Origin: an uncultured Alphaproteobacteria bacterium
Lineage (GTDB): Bacteria > Pseudomonadota > Alphaproteobacteria > RF32 > CAG-239
Reading direction: 5' to 3'
Length of the DNA: 64,000 nt
Assembly (NCBI GenBank): GCA_944391465.1
Contig: CALXTS010000001.1
Coordinates: 26,441 to 90,440 of the forward strand
Shown: piece by piece, positions 1-10,210 of the stretch
Layout: each line of letters opens with the position of its first letter
Numbering within the stretch: position 1 is the stretch's first letter
The notes under the pieces: generated by a model
Told to the model about the DNA's origin: nothing
Database searches by the model: none
Seen by the model: the letters and a program-made list of their open reading frames with translations, nothing else
Position numbers and translations under genes: made by a program

Positions 1-1536
1 AGTCAGGCTCAGGTGGAAAAGCGTAATTCTTTGTACGATATTATGGAATTTGCCGCAAAATTTTTTGAAAAAAGTTTAAAAATGCCGGAAGGGCGCTGCG
101 GTTTAGAGTATTTGTATAATCGTGGCTTTGATGATGACATTATCAGTAAGTTTCGTTTGGGATATGCTCCGAATAATAACGGTCTTAAGGCTCAGTTATC
201 TTCTAAAGGTGTTTCTGAAAAAGAAATGGCTGAGCTTGGGTTGATTGCTATTCCGGAAGATAAAAGCCGTAAGCCTCATGATTTTTTCAGAGAGCGCGTT
301 ATGATTCCGATTATGGATAAAAGGGGGCGCGTTATTGCTTTTGGCGGACGGTTGATGGTTGATGGTCAGCCTAAATATCTTAATTCTCCGGAAACACCGA
401 TTTTTAATAAACGTCGTGTGCTTTATAATTTAAATTATGCTCGCGATAAAGGTTATGAAAATAAGTCTTTGATTATTTGTGAAGGTTATATGGATGTTAT
501 TGCCATGGATAAGTTCGGTATCGGATATGCCGTGGCGCCTTTGGGAACGGCTTTGACGGAAGATCAGATCCAAGAGGCTTGGAAAGTCGTTAATGAACCG
601 ACATGTTGTTTTGACGGAGATAGTGCCGGTGTCAGGGCTGCGGTTCGGTCGGTTGACAGAGTCTTACCGATTTTGAAACCGGGATATTCTTTAAAATATG
701 CTTTTTTGCCAGATAAACAGGACCCTGATGAGTTTTTAAAAGCGCACGGACAAGAGGAATTTCTTAAAGTTGTAAATGATACAACGCCTCTTAATGATTT
801 GTTGTGGAAGAAAAATGTTGATTTGATGCAGAGTTTGGATACTCCTGAACAAAAAGCGCTTTTTGAAAAAAATATTAAAGAAGAAGTGGCTAAAATTACT
901 GATAAAACCGTCAGAAACTATTATGCCCAAAATATGCATGAACGTGTTTATAATGAATTGGGGAAGGGTGCTTGGCAACGAAAACTCTCCCAGAAATCGA
1001 ATTCATATAAAAATTTCAGACAAGCAGGGGGGGGCGAGAATAAAAAATATCCTCAAGTTTCTGCTGCCGGTATGCTAAAAACTGATTTGGATGATTTGGG
1101 TGCGCAGTATATCGTTTCGGCTTTGTATTGTTATCCGAATTTATTAGATGAATATGAAGAACGCTTGCTTGGTTTTGAAATCAAAAATAAAAATCTTAAA
1201 ACGATGCTGGATTTGATGTTTGAAGCCTCTCATGAAAGTGAAAAAACTTTAGATAATGCTCAAATTCAAAAGTATTTGGAAGATAAAAGTCAGAGCGAAA
1301 ATGTTAAAAAGTTTTTGGAAGTTAAGATGATGCTTAAATTAAATCACGATGTAATTACCATGCGTAAGAATCTTGATTTAAAAATTACGGAATTTCAATT
1401 GAAACAAATTGATTCTGAAATTAAAGACTGTCTTGCTAAATTAGAGGGCGACTCGTTTTCAGATGAACTTTATAAACGATACGAATCGTTGAAAAAAGAG
1501 CGAGAAACATTAATAAGTAATGAATATCCCGAATAA
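1..1536 (+). CDS. dnaG: DNA primase DnaG, 5'-partial. The reading frame is open from position 1, so the zinc-finger N-terminus lies upstream of the window.
   Basis: A TOPRIM-type block (LIICEGYMDVIAMDKFG) and the primase core (YNLNYARDKG) are present. The gene sits directly upstream of rpoD, the classic dnaG-rpoD arrangement. Confidence 0.85.
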   Translation, partial: SQAQVEKRNSLYDIMEFAAKFFEKSLKMPEGRCGLEYLYNRGFDDDIISKFRLGYAPNNNGLKAQLSSKGVSEKEMAELGLIAIPEDKSRKPHDFFRERVMIPIMDKRGRVIAFGGRLMVDGQPKYLNSPETPIFNKRRVLYNLNYARDKGYENKSLIICEGYMDVIAMDKFGIGYAVAPLGTALTEDQIQEAWKVVNEPTCCFDGDSAGVRAAVRSVDRVLPILKPGYSLKYAFLPDKQDPDEFLKAHGQEEFLKVVNDTTPLNDLLWKKNVDLMQSLDTPEQKALFEKNIKEEVAKITDKTVRNYYAQNMHERVYNELGKGAWQRKLSQKSNSYKNFRQAGGGENKKYPQVSAAGMLKTDLDDLGAQYIVSALYCYPNLLDEYEERLLGFEIKNKNLKTMLDLMFEASHESEKTLDNAQIQKYLEDKSQSENVKKFLEVKMMLKLNHDVITMRKNLDLKITEFQLKQIDSEIKDCLAKLEGDSFSDELYKRYESLKKERETLISNEYPE

Positions 1537-1614
1537 AATGTATGTTTTTTTATTTTAATTGTCGGTATCTTGATTTTTTTGTGTCGAATCGGTGTGATTT
1601 TTATCTTCTTGCCC

Positions 1615-1643
1615 TTGACAATAGAGTAAAAAATAATTAAAAG
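1615..1643 (+). promoter_or_regulatory. Putative sigma70-type promoter for rpoD: TTGACA, a 17-nt spacer, then TAAAAG.
   Basis: A consensus -35 hexamer at 1615-1620 and a -10-like hexamer at 1638-1643, about 55 nt upstream of the rpoD ATG. Confidence 0.3.
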
Positions 1644-1698
1644 TTTACCAGCTTGAAGTTTATTTAAATAAAATAAAACCGGTTTTTAAGGAATTTAA

Positions 1699-3780
1699 AT
1701 GTCAGATATTGAGAATCAGGACTTGTATGACGGAGCGTCTGCCGATGCGCCGTTAATTGACTCTTTGGGTACGGCTGTTAAACGGTTGATTGATAGAGGT
1801 AAAGTCCGCGGTTATATTACAATTGAAGAATTAAATAAAGCTCTCCCAATGGAGCGCGAATCGTCTGAAAATATTGAAGATATTATGGCTGGTATTTCTG
1901 ATATGGGTATCAGTATTATTGCCGAGTCGGATGTCGATAATTTTGAGGCGGATTCCGTTGAAGATGAAATCGTTGATGATGATGACGATGAAGGCGGAAA
2001 TTTTGATGAAAAAGAACTCGGCCGCAGTGATGATCCCGTCAGAATGTATTTGAAAGAAATGGGTACGGTGGAATTGCTCTCCAGAGAAGGGGAAATTGCA
2101 ATTGCAAAACGTATTGAAGCCGGTAAAACCGTTATGATTGACGGTTTGTGCGAAAGCCCGATGACTATTAAAGCTATTGCCGATTGGCGAGATGAGTTGC
2201 TTAACGGAACTATGCAACTGCGTGATATCGTCGATTTGGAAATGATGTATGGCGCTGATGTCGATGATATGGCTTTTGAAGAAGATGATAATTCAAATGT
2301 CGATGATTTGGATAAGGTGGCCGAAGAATTAGAGACCAAAGAAAGTCTTGATGATATTGATGATGATTTAGATGATGATATGGAGCTTGATAGCGCTGTT
2401 GATGAAGAAGATGATGATGAAATGGACAGCGATGATATGGAAGGCTCTGATGCCGAAGGTGATGATGCTTCCGGTGATGAAGATGATATGGATGGTAACG
2501 GTGGAAGAACTTCTGCATCCGTAGCTGCTATGGAAGAAGCTCTTAAAGAACCAGTACTTGATATCTTAAATAAAATCTCAAGCTATTATGATGATTTGAA
2601 AAAAATTCAAAATCAGCGCGTGGCTGCAATTATTGCCGGCAAAAATTTGACTCCGACTGTTGAGAAAAAATATCTTCAAGTTAAAAGAGAATTGGTTGAA
2701 TTAATGAGTTCTATTCATCTGAATTCTACTCGTATTGAGCAACTTGTAGAACAACTTAATTCTTTGAATAAACGCTTGATGGGGTTGGAAGGAAAATTGC
2801 TTCGTTATGCTTTATCTTGCAAAATTAAACGTGAGGATTTTCTTGCCGCATACCAAAAATCAGAGTTGGATCCAAATTGGCTTGAGAATATATCTCATAA
2901 AAAAGATAAGCATTGGCAAGCCTTTGTTGAAAAATATGGTTCCGAAATTCAAGAGTTGAGAGATTCCGTTGCTCAGATGGCTCAAGAATGCGGGTTGCCG
3001 ATTTCTGAATATCGCCGTATGGTCGATACAATTAAGAAAGGTGAGCGTGAAGCCGAATTTGCTAAAAAAGAAATGATTGAAGCAAACTTGCGTTTGGTTA
3101 TTTCTATTGCTAAAAAATACACAAATCGCGGATTACAGTTTTTGGATTTAATCCAAGAAGGAAATATTGGTTTGATGAAAGCCGTTGATAAATTTGAGTA
3201 TCGTCGCGGTTATAAATTTTCAACTTATGCTACTTGGTGGATACGTCAGGCGATTACTCGCTCAATAGCTGATCAGGCTCGTACCATTCGTATTCCTGTT
3301 CATATGATTGAGACGATTAATAAATTAGTACGTACTTCTCGGCAGATGTTGGCTGAAATGGGAAGAGAACCTGTTCCCGAGGAGTTGGCGCAAAGGTTGT
3401 CTATGCCGCTTGAAAAAGTACGAAAAGTTATGAAAATTGCTAAAGAGCCGGTTTCTTTAGAGGCTCCGGTCGGAGATGAAGAAGATTCTTCTTTGGGTGA
3501 TTTTATTGCTGATGATACTGCTTTGCAGCCGTTGGATTCTGCAATTCATTCAAATTTAAAAGAGACTTGTACCAGAATTTTATCTTCTTTGACACCAAGA
3601 GAAGAGCGTGTTTTAAGAATGCGTTTTGGTATCGGAATGAATACGGATCACACTTTGGAAGAAGTAGGACAACAATTTAATGTTACTCGCGAACGTATTC
3701 GTCAGATTGAAGCAAAAGCGCTTCGTAAATTAAAACATCCGAGTCGTTCAAGAAAATTACGGTCATTTTTGGATCAGTAA
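1699..3780 (+). CDS. rpoD: RNA polymerase sigma factor RpoD (sigma70) with a long poly-acidic non-conserved insertion.
   Basis: Region 2 ([30 protein letters not shown]) and region 4 ([16 protein letters not shown] ... [27 protein letters not shown]) are recognisable. A D/E-rich block occupies roughly aa 75-260. Confidence 0.95.
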   Translation: MSDIENQDLYDGASADAPLIDSLGTAVKRLIDRGKVRGYITIEELNKALPMERESSENIEDIMAGISDMGISIIAESDVDNFEADSVEDEIVDDDDDEGGNFDEKELGRSDDPVRMYLKEMGTVELLSREGEIAIAKRIEAGKTVMIDGLCESPMTIKAIADWRDELLNGTMQLRDIVDLEMMYGADVDDMAFEEDDNSNVDDLDKVAEELETKESLDDIDDDLDDDMELDSAVDEEDDDEMDSDDMEGSDAEGDDASGDEDDMDGNGGRTSASVAAMEEALKEPVLDILNKISSYYDDLKKIQNQRVAAIIAGKNLTPTVEKKYLQVKRELVELMSSIHLNSTRIEQLVEQLNSLNKRLMGLEGKLLRYALSCKIKREDFLAAYQKSELDPNWLENISHKKDKHWQAFVEKYGSEIQELRDSVAQMAQECGLPISEYRRMVDTIKKGEREAEFAKKEMIEANLRLVISIAKKYTNRGLQFLDLIQEGNIGLMKAVDKFEYRRGYKFSTYATWWIRQAITRSIADQARTIRIPVHMIETINKLVRTSRQMLAEMGREPVPEELAQRLSMPLEKVRKVMKIAKEPVSLEAPVGDEEDSSLGDFIADDTALQPLDSAIHSNLKETCTRILSSLTPREERVLRMRFGIGMNTDHTLEEVGQQFNVTRERIRQIEAKALRKLKHPSRSRKLRSFLDQ

Positions 3781-3798
3781 TTATATTTTACATTGTAC

Positions 3799-3827
3799 AA
3801 AGCGCCGAAAATCGGCGCTTTTCTTTT
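3799..3827 (+). terminator. Rho-independent terminator after rpoD.
   Basis: agcgccga / aaa / tcggcgct hairpin followed by ttttctttt. Confidence 0.7.
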
Positions 3828-3904
3828 AAAGATTTATTGACAAAATCATGCTTAAGGGATAGTTTTACAAGAATGCATATTTACTATTAAAAAACAATTG
3901 TGAA

Positions 3905-4723
3905 ATGGAACATTTTGGAAATTTGAAAAAGTTCATGTTGGAAGCAGGAAGGCTTTCACTTGAAAAGAGAAACGCTAAACATGACCAGACTTTTAAAGGC
4001 CATGATGGTAAAGCAAATTTTTTGGTTACAGAAGTTGATTTGGAAATCAGCCGGAAATTTAAAGAATTTTTGGCGGAAAATTATTCTCATCTTAACTATA
4101 TGATTATTGATGAAGAAACAATCGGTAGTTTGGAAGGGACGGTTTTTGAAAAAGTAAAAGAAACCGAGTATCAATTTGTTATTGATCCGATAGATGGTAC
4201 GGTCAACTATGCCGCGGGTATTCCTTTGTTTGGGATTTCCATTGCGGTTATGAAGGACGGAAAAATGCTTGAGGGCTATTTATATGCTCCGGCTTTGGAT
4301 GAACTTGTTTATACCAATGGTAAAAACGTTTATCTGGAAAAAGATAACAAGATGCAGATACTGCCAAAAAATCTAAAATCAGACTCTCGTGTTTTGATGG
4401 GGCATTCGTGGTTCATTGAGGGGCAAAAACCTGATGTATTTATTTGGGAGGATTATTTCTCCGCGGTTATTTACTTTTTGTTTATTGCTCAACGTCGTCT
4501 TCGTGGTGCTGTCTTGAGAGCTAATTTATGGGATATTGCCGGTGGAATGGCTATTGTAAAAGTTTTGGGTATGGGACTTTATGATTGTGAAACTGCTGAA
4601 GAGATTGATGAATTCTCTGAAAAATGGTTTAATTCACAATGTAAAGTTAAAAAGCCTTATCTTATTTGTTTCAAAGATGATTTCGAGATTATTATGAATG
4701 CAGCCGGAAAAGTTAAGTATTAA
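3905..4723 (+). CDS. Inositol monophosphatase family protein (SuhB/CysQ-like).
   Basis: Metal-binding motifs (EVDLEI; VIDPIDGTVNYAAGIP; LWDIAGG). Confidence 0.75.
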   Translation: MEHFGNLKKFMLEAGRLSLEKRNAKHDQTFKGHDGKANFLVTEVDLEISRKFKEFLAENYSHLNYMIIDEETIGSLEGTVFEKVKETEYQFVIDPIDGTVNYAAGIPLFGISIAVMKDGKMLEGYLYAPALDELVYTNGKNVYLEKDNKMQILPKNLKSDSRVLMGHSWFIEGQKPDVFIWEDYFSAVIYFLFIAQRRLRGAVLRANLWDIAGGMAIVKVLGMGLYDCETAEEIDEFSEKWFNSQCKVKKPYLICFKDDFEIIMNAAGKVKY

Positions 4724-4763
4724 ATTTAAGGTTGTAAAGTTTAATTTCTAAAAATATTCAATT

Positions 4764-5174
4764 ATGAAAAGAGATTTAAAAGTCGCTTCAGATGAGCAAG
4801 CTGTTAAGTTGATGTTGTCATTTCTGGTGGCAAATATGTTGGACAATGAGTTGCAGGTTGAGGATCCGAAAGCAGAGCAGCCAAAGTATGTTGTTAAATA
4901 TGGTTGGTTGTCTCAAGCTAAGGATACAAAACAAAAGGTAGGTTGTCCGTGTTATGTGGCAGAATATGAAGGATATATTCCCGGTCATACTAAAGCGGTT
5001 AGAGCAATCCTCTATGTTAAGTCATTCGCTCAGAGGAATCCGACGATGACTAAGATGCGCATTGTTCCTGATGGAAACTATGATTTTGTTGAAATTGCCG
5101 ATGGTGATATCTTCAAGATGGATGATGGTCGCAAATACTTGCGAAAAGATGGCAAGGTTTCAGTAGTTGAATGA
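4764..5174 (+). CDS. Hypothetical protein, 136 aa.
   Basis: A clean ORF with a hairpin terminator downstream. No recognisable motif. Confidence 0.5.
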   Translation: MKRDLKVASDEQAVKLMLSFLVANMLDNELQVEDPKAEQPKYVVKYGWLSQAKDTKQKVGCPCYVAEYEGYIPGHTKAVRAILYVKSFAQRNPTMTKMRIVPDGNYDFVEIADGDIFKMDDGRKYLRKDGKVSVVE

Positions 5175-5187
5175 TTTTTGAGCCTGG

Positions 5188-5233
5188 AAAAGATTGGTTT
5201 TGTTCTGTTTAGAACAAAACCAATCTTTGTTTA
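5188..5233 (+). terminator. Long hairpin with about a 17-bp stem, a likely terminator.
   Basis: aaagattggttttgttct / gttt / agaacaaaaccaatcttt followed by gtttat. Confidence 0.5.
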
Positions 5234-5325
5234 TATGAAGATTTAAATTTAGGGCTTGACTATCGTAATTAATTATCTTATTTTCACATCTGTCAGTGAG
5301 CAGGAAATGTTTTCTGACTATTTGT

Positions 5326-5402
5326 GGGCCCTTAGCTCAGTTGGTTAGAGCAGGCCGCTCATAACGGTCTGGTCGTTGGTTCGAGTCCATCAGGGCCCAC
5401 CA
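5326..5402 (+). tRNA. tRNA-Met (anticodon CAT). This is an elongator type with a G1:C72 pair, but tRNA-Ile2 (lysidine-CAT) cannot be excluded.
   Basis: Cloverleaf GGGCCCT...AGGGCCCACCA with the anticodon loop ctCATaa. A genomically encoded CCA is present. Confidence 0.85.
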
Positions 5403-5406
5403 TAAA

Positions 5407-5438
5407 ATCCCTTCCCAAAGCGGAAGGGATTTTTTTTT
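5407..5438 (+). terminator. Rho-independent terminator after tRNA-Met.
   Basis: atcccttcc / caaagc / ggaagggat followed by T8. Confidence 0.8.
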
Positions 5439-5460
5439 GTACTCGACTTAATTATTAAAT

Positions 5461-6285
5461 TTATTCAGAAATATCTGTGTCCGATAAATCTATAGGCTCA
5501 TTAATGTAGCTTTCGTATTCTTCTGCTGTTAAGCAATTCGGATCTTTTTTGCTAATTGTGTCATATATTTCTAAAAAATCAGTGTGTGAAATTAAGGGTT
5601 CTGTGTTTTCATAATTTTTCATCATTTGAACATTGTAATCAGCAAATTCTTCTTTGCTGATGCAGTTATCTGCATTTTTATCCATTTGGTAAATATTTTC
5701 GGCTGTTTGCTCAACTTTGATGTTTTCTATTAAATTATCGACAAATTCTTGAGGGTCTATATTTTTTAATTGTTCGGTAGTTTCTTCCAGTCTATGCTTC
5801 ATTTCGTCCAGTTTGGCAAGGCTTTCTTCCATACTCGGAATATCTTGTTCGTTGTATATGCCGTCTTTATTGCGATCCATCTGGCGAAAACGTTCTTTTA
5901 TCATCCATTCTTGAATATCGTTCCAGAAATTAAGAAATTCTTGTTCTGATAATTTATTATCATTTGAGGTATCGGCTTTTTTAAAAAATTCCATAATTGT
6001 TTTTTGATTAGTTTGTTTTTGTTCATCGGTAAGTAGTTTGTTGTAATTTAATCCTTCAATGAATTTTGATGTTTCTCTGTCGGAGATATAGTGGTCATTA
6101 TTTATATCTAGCAATTGCATTGAGGATTGTAAAACTTCTTGATATTGCGGAGAATTTTTCATTGTATCTTTGAGGTTCTTTACCATTGTTTGTTCATCGA
6201 AAGAAAAAGTTGTTTGAGTAAAAGCAGTGTTTGTGTTTACGATGCTTATTATTCCAAGACAAAGTCCAAAATAAATTTTTTTCAT
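5461..6285 (-). CDS. Secreted calcium-binding protein with four EF-hand loops.
   Basis: An N-terminal signal peptide (MKKIYFGLCLGIISIVNTNTAFT). Four canonical 12-residue loops: DINNDHYISDRE, DTSNDNKLSEQE, DRNKDGIYNEQD, DKNADNCISKEE. Confidence 0.7.
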   Translation of the reverse strand: MKKIYFGLCLGIISIVNTNTAFTQTTFSFDEQTMVKNLKDTMKNSPQYQEVLQSSMQLLDINNDHYISDRETSKFIEGLNYNKLLTDEQKQTNQKTIMEFFKKADTSNDNKLSEQEFLNFWNDIQEWMIKERFRQMDRNKDGIYNEQDIPSMEESLAKLDEMKHRLEETTEQLKNIDPQEFVDNLIENIKVEQTAENIYQMDKNADNCISKEEFADYNVQMMKNYENTEPLISHTDFLEIYDTISKKDPNCLTAEEYESYINEPIDLSDTDISE

Positions 6286-6460
6286 AATTACTATCCTGTT
6301 TAGAAATGTTTTTTATGTATCTGATTGTAATAGCAAATAATATTAATCTCAAGAATAGGGTGATAAAATTTGTGTGTAAAAAAGATATGCCGTTGTAATA
6401 TGTTTTTTTTATAAGCTACACTGTCTGTAGAGAGTGTATTGTTTGAGTTATGAGGAAAAG

Positions 6461-8086
6461 ATGAAAGTTGTTGTTATAGGCGGAGGTGCCGGAGGTTCAA
6501 GTTTTGCAGCCAGAATGCGTCGCTTGGATGATAAGGCGCAAATTACGGTATTGGAAAAAAGTGCGGAAACTTCAATTGCCAGTTGCGGATTGCCTTATTT
6601 TATCGGTAATGTGATTACTGAACGGAGTAAAATGCAGGTAACTACTCCCGATGTTATGAAAAAGGTCTTTAATATTGATGTCAGACTGAATTCTGAGGCT
6701 GTAAAAATAGACGTCGTCAATAAAAAAGTTCTGACTAAGAATAACGAAGTTTTTGAGTATGATAAGTTGGTTCTTTCAACCGGGGCTAAGGCGTTTGTTC
6801 CTTCTATAGACGGTCTTGAAAATTTACCTTATTTTACGGTAAAAAGTTTGGCAGATGCAGATAAAATTAAAGCATATATTTCTTCTTATAAACCCCAGAC
6901 GGCTGTTGTTATCGGCGGAGGATTCATTGGTGTTGAAGTTGCTGAAAATCTTTGTCATTTGGGGCTAAAAACTTCTCTTGTTGAAGCAGTTCCTCAAGTG
7001 CTTTCTCCTTTAGATGAGGAAATGGCAGCGCCAATTCAACTTGAAATGAGAGAAAAAGGTGTACGGCTTTATTTGAATGACGGAGTACAAAAAGTTGAAA
7101 AAAATGTGCTCGTTCTTAATTCAGGTAAAAAGATTTCTGCTGAAATGTTGGTTTTGGCAATAGGTGTCAGGCCAGAAACGGAATTGGCAAAAGATGCCGG
7201 AATTAGGTTAACAGAAAAAGGCGCCATTGTTACAAACGAATATATGCAAACTAATATTGCTGATATTTATGCTTGTGGTGACAGTGTTGCCGTAACGGAT
7301 TTTGTATCCGGGCAATCAGCCATGATTGCTTTAGCTGGTCCCGCTAATCGGCAAGGGCGTTTGATTGCTGACCATATTGCTCAAAATCATCCGTATCCTT
7401 ATAAGGGAACCTTAGGAACCGGTATTGTTAAAGTTTTTGATTTGACAGCGGCTTTTACCGGTAATAATGAAAAACAACTTCAGCGGGCAGGGGTTGCTTA
7501 TCAAAAAATGATTATAACCTGTAGTTCTCATGCCGGATATTATCCGAAATCAGAAAATCTGATTCTAAAAGTTTTGTTTGATGAAACCGGAAAAATCTTG
7601 GGTGCTCAGGCTGTTGGTAAAGATGGTGTCGATAAAAGAATAGATGTAATTGCTACTGTTATTCGACTAAATGGAACAGTCTCTGATTTAAGAGATGCCG
7701 AACTTTGTTATGCTCCTCCTTATTCGGGTGCTAAAGATCCTATAAATATAATCGGAATGGCTATTGAAAATATGCAAAATGGTTTGAATAATCCTTATTT
7801 GGGAACGGATTTTTCCGATATGGCAATTGTAGATGTTCGCCCGCCTGAGGTCTATGCTCAAGGGCATATTGAAGGTGCGGTTAATATTCCGGCGGCACAA
7901 ATCAGAGCTCGATATCAAGAACTCCCTAAAAATAAACCAATAATGGTCTATTGTGTAAAGGGATATACAAGCTATGTTGTTTCAAGATTTTTGGCTCAAA
8001 ATGGTTTTGATAATGTCTTGAGTTATTCGGGAGGTTGGACGTTTTATAAAATTTTAAAAGATAATTTTGATAAAAGTACAGACTAA
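6461..8086 (+). CDS. CoA-disulfide reductase / NAD(P)H oxidase family flavoprotein with a C-terminal rhodanese domain (CoADR-RHD type). The ORF track starts at 6434; the start is more likely MKVVVIGGG at 6461.
   Basis: GGGAGG FAD motif, the active-site Cys in SCGLPY, a second GGGFIG NAD motif, and a C-terminal rhodanese module (VDVRPPEVY...YCVKGYTSY). Confidence 0.8.
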   Translation: MKVVVIGGGAGGSSFAARMRRLDDKAQITVLEKSAETSIASCGLPYFIGNVITERSKMQVTTPDVMKKVFNIDVRLNSEAVKIDVVNKKVLTKNNEVFEYDKLVLSTGAKAFVPSIDGLENLPYFTVKSLADADKIKAYISSYKPQTAVVIGGGFIGVEVAENLCHLGLKTSLVEAVPQVLSPLDEEMAAPIQLEMREKGVRLYLNDGVQKVEKNVLVLNSGKKISAEMLVLAIGVRPETELAKDAGIRLTEKGAIVTNEYMQTNIADIYACGDSVAVTDFVSGQSAMIALAGPANRQGRLIADHIAQNHPYPYKGTLGTGIVKVFDLTAAFTGNNEKQLQRAGVAYQKMIITCSSHAGYYPKSENLILKVLFDETGKILGAQAVGKDGVDKRIDVIATVIRLNGTVSDLRDAELCYAPPYSGAKDPINIIGMAIENMQNGLNNPYLGTDFSDMAIVDVRPPEVYAQGHIEGAVNIPAAQIRARYQELPKNKPIMVYCVKGYTSYVVSRFLAQNGFDNVLSYSGGWTFYKILKDNFDKSTD

Positions 8087-8171
8087 TCGCTCGGCAAAAG
8101 AGGATTGTTTTGCATGTTTTTTCAAAATGTGTTATAAATGAAAATATGAAAGAACTTCAAGAGAGGCGTAA

Positions 8172-9527
8172 ATGTCTAATCCATATGCTCGTATTTTTTA
8201 CAATGATTTTAAAGAACGTTTTTTGAAACCGGAAAATAAGTCCGATGATTTTGTCGTACCTGCTAAATTTCAGCGTTTTTTAGATAATATGAATAAGATT
8301 TTTCAAAAATCAGAAGATGACAAACAATTTAATATTAATCCTAAAGGGTATAAAATAGAGGCTAAGGATTTTGCTGATTTTGTGCTTAGCTTAGGAGCAA
8401 CAATGTTTGCAAGCGCCGGAAAGATTCCGAATTTAAATGAAAAAGACAGTCGCTCTCCAGAAATAATAGAGTTTTTTGAAAGTGTGAAGAATTTTTGCAT
8501 TCAGAATTCTACCAAGTTAAGCGAAGATTTTGATTATGAATTTTTTAAATTAAATTCTTCAACGGGAAAACTTGAATTGATGGAAGATTTGCCGAATGTT
8601 CAGAAAAAAGGAATTTTTTTCTTTGGCGTAAATCGTAGTAGTTTTAATAATATGGATGATGTGAATTGTTTTTTTAAGAAAGCAACCAAAGATATTTTTG
8701 ATAATGAGGCTTTTTTGGGTTCGGATATTTATTCTGTGGCTTTGCCAAAGTGCTTTCCTGAAGAAATTGCAATGTCAACTATTCTTAAAACAATTGAAAA
8801 TTCTGAATATATTAACAGTTATGACCGATTTTTTGTTGAGGAATATTGGAGCTCGTATATCGGTAAAGATTTGGAATTTGATGAAAATGGCTTGGTTATT
8901 GGCGGAAAGCCTTATTCTCAGGAAGTTTTGCAAGAAAATTTAAAAAATTTAAAAGTTTTTGGTTATTGTGCTGGGGCGGCTAATGCTCATAGATGTCTTA
9001 AGGCTCTTAAAAATATTGCGGGACAATTGTATGATGAAAAGTTTTTGGCAAAGGCTTGGAAAAATATTAAAGTTGTTAGCTATGCATTTCCTCTTGAGCA
9101 AGAAAAAATTGATTATAACTGCGTTTCCGTTATGAGTAATGACAAAAATCCCGATAATCCAGAAACTGTTATTTTAACGCTTTTTCCGAGCCAGTATCAT
9201 AAATTGTGCATTAAAGATGAAAATGCTGTTAAAATTACTGATGAAGAAAACTGTAAGTATGTTGCTTTAGAATTACCTAAGGAAATTTCAAAGATTGATA
9301 CGCAAGGCAGGCGCTTTTCTTGTGCGATTGATAACAGGAATGGTCATCGTTTGCAAAATGCAACAGCTAAAAATGATACTTCACATAACTTTGAGGCGGT
9401 TTGCTATATTTTAAAATGTTGCATGAATAATGAGCCCGTAAATAATGGAAAATTATGTAGAATTGCTCAGAATTTGTCTGCTGCGGATTTATGCAGTTAT
9501 AAATTGGGAAATCAGAAGTCATCGTAA
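8172..9527 (+). CDS. Hypothetical protein, 451 aa, with no recognisable domain. The C-terminus is Cys/His-rich.
   Basis: A long clean ORF in the same orientation as flanking genes. There is no signal peptide. Confidence 0.55.
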   Translation: MSNPYARIFYNDFKERFLKPENKSDDFVVPAKFQRFLDNMNKIFQKSEDDKQFNINPKGYKIEAKDFADFVLSLGATMFASAGKIPNLNEKDSRSPEIIEFFESVKNFCIQNSTKLSEDFDYEFFKLNSSTGKLELMEDLPNVQKKGIFFFGVNRSSFNNMDDVNCFFKKATKDIFDNEAFLGSDIYSVALPKCFPEEIAMSTILKTIENSEYINSYDRFFVEEYWSSYIGKDLEFDENGLVIGGKPYSQEVLQENLKNLKVFGYCAGAANAHRCLKALKNIAGQLYDEKFLAKAWKNIKVVSYAFPLEQEKIDYNCVSVMSNDKNPDNPETVILTLFPSQYHKLCIKDENAVKITDEENCKYVALELPKEISKIDTQGRRFSCAIDNRNGHRLQNATAKNDTSHNFEAVCYILKCCMNNEPVNNGKLCRIAQNLSAADLCSYKLGNQKSS

Positions 9528-9665
9528 AAAGATTCTTATAAAAGCTGTTTTGATAAAAAAACGGCTTTTGTTTTTTTGATATTGACAAAAACATAAAAAA
9601 GTTTAGCTTCTGATTAAAATAAGCTACTATTTATATCTTATTGTTTAATCTTAAAATTTATTGTT

Positions 9666-10154
9666 ATGTCTTTGTTTATGCTTCTTATTGTTGTTGTTTA
9701 TATAATAACGGCAATAATACTGTATCGTTCAGTGACTTCAGGTTTTTTTTATTGTGACAGCGCGGCCATATATAATGGTATTCTTTCGGTTATCTTTTTT
9801 ATCAAATTGATTTTGAAAGGTTTTGATGAAAATATTTTATGGATTTCTTTGATTATCGGAAGTATGTTTTGTGTTGTGGTTTATACGCTGATGCGTTTAA
9901 ATGTCGGTTATAAAGTAACTTCTCATTCCGGGCATTGTTGTAATAGCGGAGATGACAATGTTTCTGATTATTTGAGCTATCGGGAAGAGGAGTTGCTTAA
10001 GACAAATGCTGATTTGATTGAACGATTGGAGCGTTCAACCGGTGGAGTTAACACGCCTCATGATATCTATGATTCTGACGGGCAGGTTGACTTTAACAAG
10101 GTTGAGCAAAATAATGCGGATATGCAGACAGAGTTAGATATGTCTCGAGATTAA
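9666..10154 (+). CDS. Hypothetical small membrane protein with three predicted TM helices and an acidic C-terminal tail.
   Basis: Hydrophobic N-terminal half (LLIVVVYIITAIILY; ILSVIFFIKLIL; ISLIIGSMFCVVVYTL). Confidence 0.5.
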   Translation: MSLFMLLIVVVYIITAIILYRSVTSGFFYCDSAAIYNGILSVIFFIKLILKGFDENILWISLIIGSMFCVVVYTLMRLNVGYKVTSHSGHCCNSGDDNVSDYLSYREEELLKTNADLIERLERSTGGVNTPHDIYDSDGQVDFNKVEQNNADMQTELDMSRD

Positions 10155-10173
10155 GTATCCGTATCGTATATGC

Positions 10174-10210
10174 AAAAAAGGTGTTCATTTGAACACCTTT
10201 TTGTTTTTTT
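10174..10210. terminator. Bidirectional rho-independent terminator between convergent genes.
   Basis: aaggtgttc / attt / gaacacctt flanked by an A-run and a T-run. Confidence 0.75.

Noticed and set aside
1812-2518. Three antisense ORFs (175, 128 and 102 aa) inside rpoD.
   Set aside because: They lie opposite the poly-acidic GAT/GAA-rich insertion of rpoD. Their Ser/His-rich low-complexity translations are an artefact of the repeat composition.
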